A stretch of DNA of 64,000 nt from a virus. How positions within the stretch are numbered: the first letter of the stretch is position 1; each line of letters begins with the position of its first letter. Of the stretch, positions 58,712 through 64,000 are shown in pieces. The position numbers and the translations under genes were made by a program. The stretch lies in IMG/VR virus record IMGVR_UViG_3300042507_006854, positions 32,001 through 96,000 of that record; one strand, 5' to 3'. Below the pieces are notes generated by a model that saw only the letters and a program-made list of their open reading frames with translations, made no database searches and was not told the DNA's origin.

Positions 58712-59946
58712 ACAAGCACCTTACATATGAAGAATACCGACAAATTTTGGAATCTCTTCTTGAGCATCATGGGGTATTTTATCAATTTTGGCGTTTGGTT
58801 AAGCCTGTTTATAGTAATGATATTCCTACTGCATGCGTTGGCTTTAATAAAGAAGGTAATTGCATTGAATTTTTAATCAATAAAAAGTTTTGGGACAAAC
58901 AATCAGAACATAATAAAAAATTTATTATTGCCCATGAATGTCTTCACGTAATAAATTCTCACGGAAAACGTGCTGGTAAAAAAATGTCAAACTTGGCAAA
59001 TCAAGCAATGGATATTGTTGTCAATGAAAGTCTTGTAAAATATTTTAAATTTAATCGAAAAGAGATAGATCCAAAGACTGAATATTATTGGATGGATAAT
59101 TCATTTGATAATGATCCCAATATTCTCCCATGGAATAATTTTGAGTATTATTATAATAGGCTATTAAAAGACGCTAAATTTGTAAAGAACAAACAACTTA
59201 TTAATGATCATAGTGGTCTTGGAGATTTTCCAGAAGACCATGTTCAACAGATTATTAATAATCTTTCAGAAGAAGACGCGGAAAGTCTTAAAAATATAAC
59301 AGAAGATGCTCAGAAAAATTCACGTAAAAATGATGATAAATCTATAGGTAACATAAAGGGCGGGTTAATTCAAAAAATTGAAAATAAACCAACTCAATAT
59401 AAAAAGAAATGGGAAAGTATTATAAGGCGTTTTGAAAAGAAAATGTCTAAAGATGAGGGTTTGGAGTCACACTGGATAATGAAAGATCGTCGTTTATATA
59501 ATCTTAATTTTAATATTTTTCTTCCATCTGATATAGAACAAACATTAAGAAAAACAGAAAGTGAGAAAGTTGCTACATGGTTTTTTATGGATACTAGTGG
59601 TTCTTGTTGGGGTTTAGCTCAACGCTTTTTCCAAGCGGCCAAAAGTTTAGACCCAGAAAAATTTGATGTTAAATATTTTGCTTTTGATACGGAAGTATAT
59701 GAAGTAGATTTAAAAAAACAAAAATTAGATGGCGGCGGAGGAACAAGTTTTCGTTGTATTACAGACTATATTTATAACAATAAAAAAGTAAAACCATTTG
59801 TTTGGATTTTAACTGATGGGTGGGGTTATGGCGCACAGATTCCAGAAGACCAAAGAAAAAAATGGAATTGGTTCTTAACAGAAGATGGAACAACAGCTTA
59901 TATCCCACAAGGATGTAAACTGCATGAGCTTAAGAATTTTGAATAA
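58708..59946 (+). CDS. HEXXH metallopeptidase-like plus vWA domain protein (DUF2201-like)
   Basis: IPTACV, AHECLH, N.AMD..VN; MIDAS DTSGS, GGGGTSF, LTDG. Confidence 0.85.
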   Translation: MNKHLTYEEYRQILESLLEHHGVFYQFWRLVKPVYSNDIPTACVGFNKEGNCIEFLINKKFWDKQSEHNKKFIIAHECLHVINSHGKRAGKKMSNLANQAMDIVVNESLVKYFKFNRKEIDPKTEYYWMDNSFDNDPNILPWNNFEYYYNRLLKDAKFVKNKQLINDHSGLGDFPEDHVQQIINNLSEEDAESLKNITEDAQKNSRKNDDKSIGNIKGGLIQKIENKPTQYKKKWESIIRRFEKKMSKDEGLESHWIMKDRRLYNLNFNIFLPSDIEQTLRKTESEKVATWFFMDTSGSCWGLAQRFFQAAKSLDPEKFDVKYFAFDTEVYEVDLKKQKLDGGGGTSFRCITDYIYNNKKVKPFVWILTDGWGYGAQIPEDQRKKWNWFLTEDGTTAYIPQGCKLHELKNFE

Positions 59947-59949
59947 ATT

Positions 59950-60255
59950 TTAAGCATAATCCCAATCTGGATCTCCAGATAGATTATTTGGATTTCCAGG
60001 AGGATCGTTTAAAAATTTTTTCAATTCGTCTCCACAAAACTCTGCTGGCCTTGTCGCTGTCATATTTCCTTCTGAATCTGGGCCAGTTACCCTCCATTCG
60101 TCTGGATTATTTTTCATATCATCTCGAACTTTATCTAACGTATCTTGAGTGACGTTTTCACCATTATATACTGTAGCAGGATCATTTGGATTGGGTGGAA
60201 AAGTTACTTCAACGATTCTTTTGCAACATTTGGGTTTTCCAGGATGAATTGTCAT
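59950..60255 (-). CDS. Small paralog family member 4 (CCKR...NNPDEW...FCG)
   Basis: Motifs shared with three neighbouring genes. Confidence 0.75.
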   Translation of the reverse strand: MTIHPGKPKCCKRIVEVTFPPNPNDPATVYNGENVTQDTLDKVRDDMKNNPDEWRVTGPDSEGNMTATRPAEFCGDELKKFLNDPPGNPNNLSGDPDWDYA

Positions 60256-60261
60256 AACGAG

Positions 60262-60543
60262 TTAGGGGGCAGGAATTCTTGAAAGACTACCTCCACAAAA
60301 AATACCATCTTTTATTAAAGTTATTGATCCATCTGGATTATCAACTCCAGTCCATTCATCAGGATTATTTTGTGCGTCATCAACAATACGCTCTACGTCT
60401 TGATCTCTAACATTAGAATCTTCTGATCCTTTAGAGTCTTTAGCGACACTATATCCAGGATCGTTTTCATCATCGCTTGGAGGTTGTATATTTAAATAAA
60501 TAGATCTACGACAGCAAGGTGGTGAAGGAGTATAATAAGCCAT
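60262..60543 (-). CDS. Small paralog family member 3 (CCRR...NNPDEW...FCG)
   Basis: Shared motifs; ATGTAA 9 nt upstream. Confidence 0.75.
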   Translation of the reverse strand: MAYYTPSPPCCRRSIYLNIQPPSDDENDPGYSVAKDSKGSEDSNVRDQDVERIVDDAQNNPDEWTGVDNPDGSITLIKDGIFCGGSLSRIPAP

Positions 60544-60566
60544 AATATAAATTTACATTTAAAAAA

Positions 60567-60878
60567 TTATAACCAACCGTTAAAATAACTACCGCAAAAT
60601 TCAGCTTCTCTATAAAATGAACCGCCTGGATTTTGACCAGGTGGAACCGGACCACTCCATTTATCTGGATTATTTTTAAAATCATTAATTGCAGTTTGTG
60701 CCGCATGTGATGATAAAGGAGGATTTCCACCTCCTTTAGCTACATCCCAAAATTCACTACCAGGACCTGGTGGACCAACGTAAATTCTTCTTTTACAACA
60801 AATAAAAGGGCCTAAAAATCCTAATAAAAAAATACTATTAGCCAAACTGAATTCAATAATATTAATTAATGTATTCAT
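60567..60878 (-). CDS. Small paralog family member 2 (hydrophobic N-terminus; CCKR...NNPDKW...FCG)
   Basis: Shared motifs; GTGTAA 10 nt upstream. Confidence 0.75.
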   Translation of the reverse strand: MNTLINIIEFSLANSIFLLGFLGPFICCKRRIYVGPPGPGSEFWDVAKGGGNPPLSSHAAQTAINDFKNNPDKWSGPVPPGQNPGGSFYREAEFCGSYFNGWL

Positions 60879-60897
60879 AATTTTTATATTACACTAG

Positions 60898-61209
60898 TTA
60901 AGAACCGAAATGTTCTATTTTTCCGCTCCCATTACAAAATGTGGCCATTCTTTGAAAAGTTTGTCGATTAGGATTTCCTGGTTTTTCAGTCCATTGATCG
61001 GGATTATCTATAAAGTCTTGCCTCATTTTTGCTTGATCTTCTTGTGATAAAGGTTCTCCGTCACCAGGTTTAGGATCATTTGGGTCACCGTTATCTCTTG
61101 AGTGCTCTGGGTCATCAAAATAATAATTTAAAGGCCCCTCATTTAACTGTTTAAATGACAAGGTTAGAAGTCTTCTACAGCAACCATCTGGAGGTCCACC
61201 AGCTTGCAT
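60898..61209 (-). CDS. Small paralog family member 1 (CCRR...DNPDQW...FCN)
   Basis: Shared motifs; abuts the upstream stop. Confidence 0.75.
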   Translation of the reverse strand: MQAGGPPDGCCRRLLTLSFKQLNEGPLNYYFDDPEHSRDNGDPNDPKPGDGEPLSQEDQAKMRQDFIDNPDQWTEKPGNPNRQTFQRMATFCNGSGKIEHFGS

Positions 61210-62829
61210 TTATTGATTCCTTGGTGGGTCAATACAAATGACTTGTTTATTAGCTAATTTGAAACATCCGTAGACCCCAGATGGAATACTTTCTACTGTT
61301 TCATAATCATAAATATTCGTAGTATATAAGTTACGGAATCTTCTTGTTTTAGAATTATCTGGGAAAATTTTTATACCAGAAGGTAAATTTTTTCTTAATT
61401 GCAAATAACTATTATTAATTCCTTTTCTTAAATTATTATTTGATAATTCAATAGATTTTCTGAGATTATATGATAATCCGAACCCTCTTTTTAAGACTGG
61501 CTCTGAGATAATAAAATTTCCACTTCCCGTAGTTAAAGGATTTTTAAAAGTATTTCTTATTGTTTGATCAATGTATGAATTATCTCCGTAATTTTTATAG
61601 AAGAATCTAAATTCGTTATTTGTGCCCATACGGCCATCTTTAGTCGTGATATATTCTAAAGTAATAGAATGTCCAGATGGTATTGTCCCATCCCATGTAC
61701 CCGTCGCCAAAGTTTTATTATTTATATATAAACCACTGTAAAATTTATAGAACCACGTGTCTTTTAATGGGGTTGTTTGTTTTAATACGTTTAATAATTT
61801 ATATTTATTATTAATTCCCGAATTAAAATTATCTATTATTGGGTTTAAACTTATGCCAGAATCAAATATATTTTGACCGCTAGGTAAATATTCAGAACCA
61901 ATATCTAAAATATTAACACTAATCCCAGAATTAATTTGAACATATTCATATTTTGGTGGTTTACCAGCAACTTTGGGTTGAATTTTTGAAAGTCTTAACT
62001 CTAAATTATCAACTATAGTATTAACAAATCTGTTTTGCACCCCGTGAGGACTAACATAAACAATTTTTTCTGTTCCGTTTGTTGATTTTAATGATGCGAC
62101 TAATAATCCATTCATGTCTTTATACATTTCAGGATATGTATAAACCGAATCTAAAGCGATAACAGTATTTAATTGAAAAACTGGATATTGCCAAAGAGTT
62201 ACGCTATTTGGGTATGGTAAATAACCTGAAACATTTTCATATTTCTTATATAAGAATGTATTTCTATTGTCGTAATTAATTCCGCTATTATAACCGGTAA
62301 TATAATAGCCTGATGTTATAACATTGTTTTGAATAGTAATTGGTTGATAATTAAGTTTAGCTCCTGTTAAAGATGTATTGTTTGATAGATTTGCGGGAAA
62401 TTGAATTCTAGAGAAAGGTAAATTTCTATCAATACTTTTGAGATGTGTTTCTCTCGATTCTAAAAGTGGTTTAAAAAAATTGCTATTTAAAGTTTCAAAT
62501 CTGATTTTATATGGAGCGAAATAAGAATAATCTCCATAGAAATTTAAGGCAAGTTCTGAAATAGTTTCATAAATTTTATTATCATTTTTAATAATAATAT
62601 TTTCAAAAGCGTTTTGCTTTCTTCTACTAAAAAGAATATCATTATAAAGAGTTTTTCTTAGAACTGCTGTCGGTATAACGTTTCTTAAAGTTCCAAGATT
62701 TATTACATCAAATTTATAGTCACGAATTCTCGAATTTGGGTGTGGCTTAGTATCTATTCCAGCCCCATCAAATGCAGATGGAACAAAACTTAACCCTAAT
62801 TTTTTATAATTATTTGTCGAAAGACTCAT
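61210..62829 (-). CDS. Putative virion protein (TG/SG-rich), directly downstream of the ribozyme
   Basis: 539 aa; no nuclease, reverse transcriptase or transposase motifs recognised. Confidence 0.55.
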   Translation of the reverse strand: MSLSTNNYKKLGLSFVPSAFDGAGIDTKPHPNSRIRDYKFDVINLGTLRNVIPTAVLRKTLYNDILFSRRKQNAFENIIIKNDNKIYETISELALNFYGDYSYFAPYKIRFETLNSNFFKPLLESRETHLKSIDRNLPFSRIQFPANLSNNTSLTGAKLNYQPITIQNNVITSGYYITGYNSGINYDNRNTFLYKKYENVSGYLPYPNSVTLWQYPVFQLNTVIALDSVYTYPEMYKDMNGLLVASLKSTNGTEKIVYVSPHGVQNRFVNTIVDNLELRLSKIQPKVAGKPPKYEYVQINSGISVNILDIGSEYLPSGQNIFDSGISLNPIIDNFNSGINNKYKLLNVLKQTTPLKDTWFYKFYSGLYINNKTLATGTWDGTIPSGHSITLEYITTKDGRMGTNNEFRFFYKNYGDNSYIDQTIRNTFKNPLTTGSGNFIISEPVLKRGFGLSYNLRKSIELSNNNLRKGINNSYLQLRKNLPSGIKIFPDNSKTRRFRNLYTTNIYDYETVESIPSGVYGCFKLANKQVICIDPPRNQ

Positions 62830-62830
62830 A

Positions 62831-63140
62831 GTTTACCATCCCCTGTCAGACACTATTCGGCGCTCTCTCTTGGTGAGCGCCTACTTCCGGTCTAACTGGG
62901 CAACTTATGTTATCGTGCGGGAGTTTACCCCGCACATCTCTACGTCACCGTAGAGTTCAGACTATATCTTGTTTACGTTTGCACGTAAATCAGGGCGCTC
63001 GTGGGAAGATTACTGTCCGTTCTGGACTCGCTTCCTAGTCGTTACACCTTTTTCGTATTCCTACGAAACTTGGCTCGGTATTGTCTTTGCCGCGTTAGCG
63101 GCAAAGAGTTCCACCGAATTCACCCCGAAATGGCCTAAAT
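62831..63140 (-). ncRNA. Group I intron-type ribozyme, free-standing and apparently circularly permuted
   Basis: P (AAUUCGGUGGAA), Q (AAUACCGAGCC), R (GUAACGACUA) and S (AAGAUAUAGUCU) elements. Pairings P3-P9.1 all check out, with GNRA loops. GC-rich island in AT-rich DNA. Confidence 0.9.
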
Positions 63141-63162
63141 TTTAAAAGATCGATAATAATAT

Positions 63163-63168
63163 TTACAC
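63163..63168 (-). promoter_or_regulatory. GTGTAA putative late promoter driving the ribozyme transcript
   Basis: Same motif as at structural genes, about 28 nt upstream of the first paired element. Confidence 0.6.
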
Positions 63169-63185
63169 GTAAATTTATGTTTTTT

Positions 63186-63896
63186 TTAAAAAATATTTAA
63201 ATTTGAAGAGAATGTTTCTTCAACAATTCTTCTTGCTTCTTTATCCTCAGAATCTTTAACAGCGTAAACTAACTTATTATTATAAATACTACATTTATAA
63301 ATAGAATCTCCAGCTAAGTTTTTAATTTCTTTAAAGTTGCCTTTAAAATCAATTAAATATGAACGATAAACGCCATCCAAATCTGAAACAGTTATAATAA
63401 ACCTGTCTTCTTGTTCAAAAACATTTGTTAATCTATAAATAAATTTATATTCAAAAGGTAATTTAAATAGTTCATCGTTAACAATTAATTTATCATGACC
63501 ATGTTTATGATCTATAGAAAACAATTTATTTTGAATCAAGCAAGAGCTAAACGATCTTGTTATTATGTTCATATCTCCAATAATATTTAAATTGGAATCT
63601 ATAGGGATATTAATATAACAATATACAATAGGTGTATTTAAACCTTGATTAAAACCAGCTGTATAGCCAAGATAAAGATTATTATCTTTAATTAAAATAT
63701 GTGGATTACACTCTACGAGAATATCTCCATAAATGCCATATTTCGGGGTATTAATTTCAGATTCAACATTATTCGAATCTTTCTTCCAAATTTTCCACGG
63801 AACGAGTTCGTATTCTCCGCCAAAATTTAATTTAATAGAATTTTCTGCAGAACAATATAGTAAGAAATTAGAAGATAAATAAGGTTGATGTTTCAT
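63186..63896 (-). CDS. Hypothetical protein
   Basis: 236 aa ORF. Confidence 0.6.
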   Translation of the reverse strand: MKHQPYLSSNFLLYCSAENSIKLNFGGEYELVPWKIWKKDSNNVESEINTPKYGIYGDILVECNPHILIKDNNLYLGYTAGFNQGLNTPIVYCYINIPIDSNLNIIGDMNIITRSFSSCLIQNKLFSIDHKHGHDKLIVNDELFKLPFEYKFIYRLTNVFEQEDRFIITVSDLDGVYRSYLIDFKGNFKEIKNLAGDSIYKCSIYNNKLVYAVKDSEDKEARRIVEETFSSNLNIF

Positions 63897-63913
63897 TTTT
63901 TTATTAATTTTGT

Positions 63914-64000
63914 TTATTCCAATGAATCTAAAAGAATGTCCAAACTCCGTGAAGATGTAGTTGAAGGGTCATTGCCTCCACAGTTTTTTCTTAGTTCCAT
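63914..64000 (-). CDS. 3' end of a gene extending beyond the window
   Basis: ...RKNCGGNDPSTTSSRSLDILLDSLE*; C-terminus matches those of two structural proteins in the window. Confidence 0.6.
   Translation of the reverse strand: MELRKNCGGNDPSTTSSRSLDILLDSLE

Noticed and set aside
61210-62829. ORF as a homing endonuclease or TnpB of the group I element (IStron-like)
   Set aside because: No LAGLIDADG, GIY-YIG, HNH, RuvC or Zn-ribbon motifs. It lies outside the core and resembles the TG/SG-rich structural proteins.
62835-62900. 3' hairpin as a tRNA exon, SRP RNA or small self-cleaving ribozyme
   Set aside because: No cloverleaf or TTC arm, no SRP domain IV consensus, and no hammerhead CUGANGA/GAAA core.
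1-64000. Stop-codon reassignment
   Set aside because: Conserved genes are full length in the standard code, and TAA, TGA and TAG all end genes.

Overview
This is a gene-dense, AT-rich segment of a large tailed dsDNA bacteriophage using the standard code; no tRNA, rRNA or CRISPR array was seen. 1-29.7 kb is a + strand cluster of large, often Cys-rich putative virion proteins (LamG-like, RCC1-repeat, trypsin-like protease fusion) with antisense glycosyltransferase insertions. 29.7-34.6 kb carries - strand glycosyltransferases and DNA-binding genes. 34.7-55.9 kb contains a phage sigma factor, SSB-like protein, class II RNR, sugar-nucleotide and glycosyltransferase genes, RecA, dNMP kinase, DnaB, primase, dCMP deaminase, a PD-(D/E)XK nuclease and a DnaE-type polymerase split over three genes. 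55.9-64 kb holds tail-tube-like paralogs, an HEXXH/vWA protein and four small paralogous genes. The top finding is a free-standing group I ribozyme (62831-63140, - strand). It has a complete P3-P9 core and its own promoter but no upstream exon or P1; P1- and P2-like elements lie 3' of the terminal G, so it appears to be naturally circularly permuted. Other findings are a candidate virion glycosylation system (about 9 glycosyltransferases plus strong [S/T]G enrichment in some structural proteins), a two-class leaderless promoter system, twin GA-sheared ssDNA hairpins at the strand switch, and a shared C-terminal tag. All family assignments come from motif recognition by eye, not database searches.
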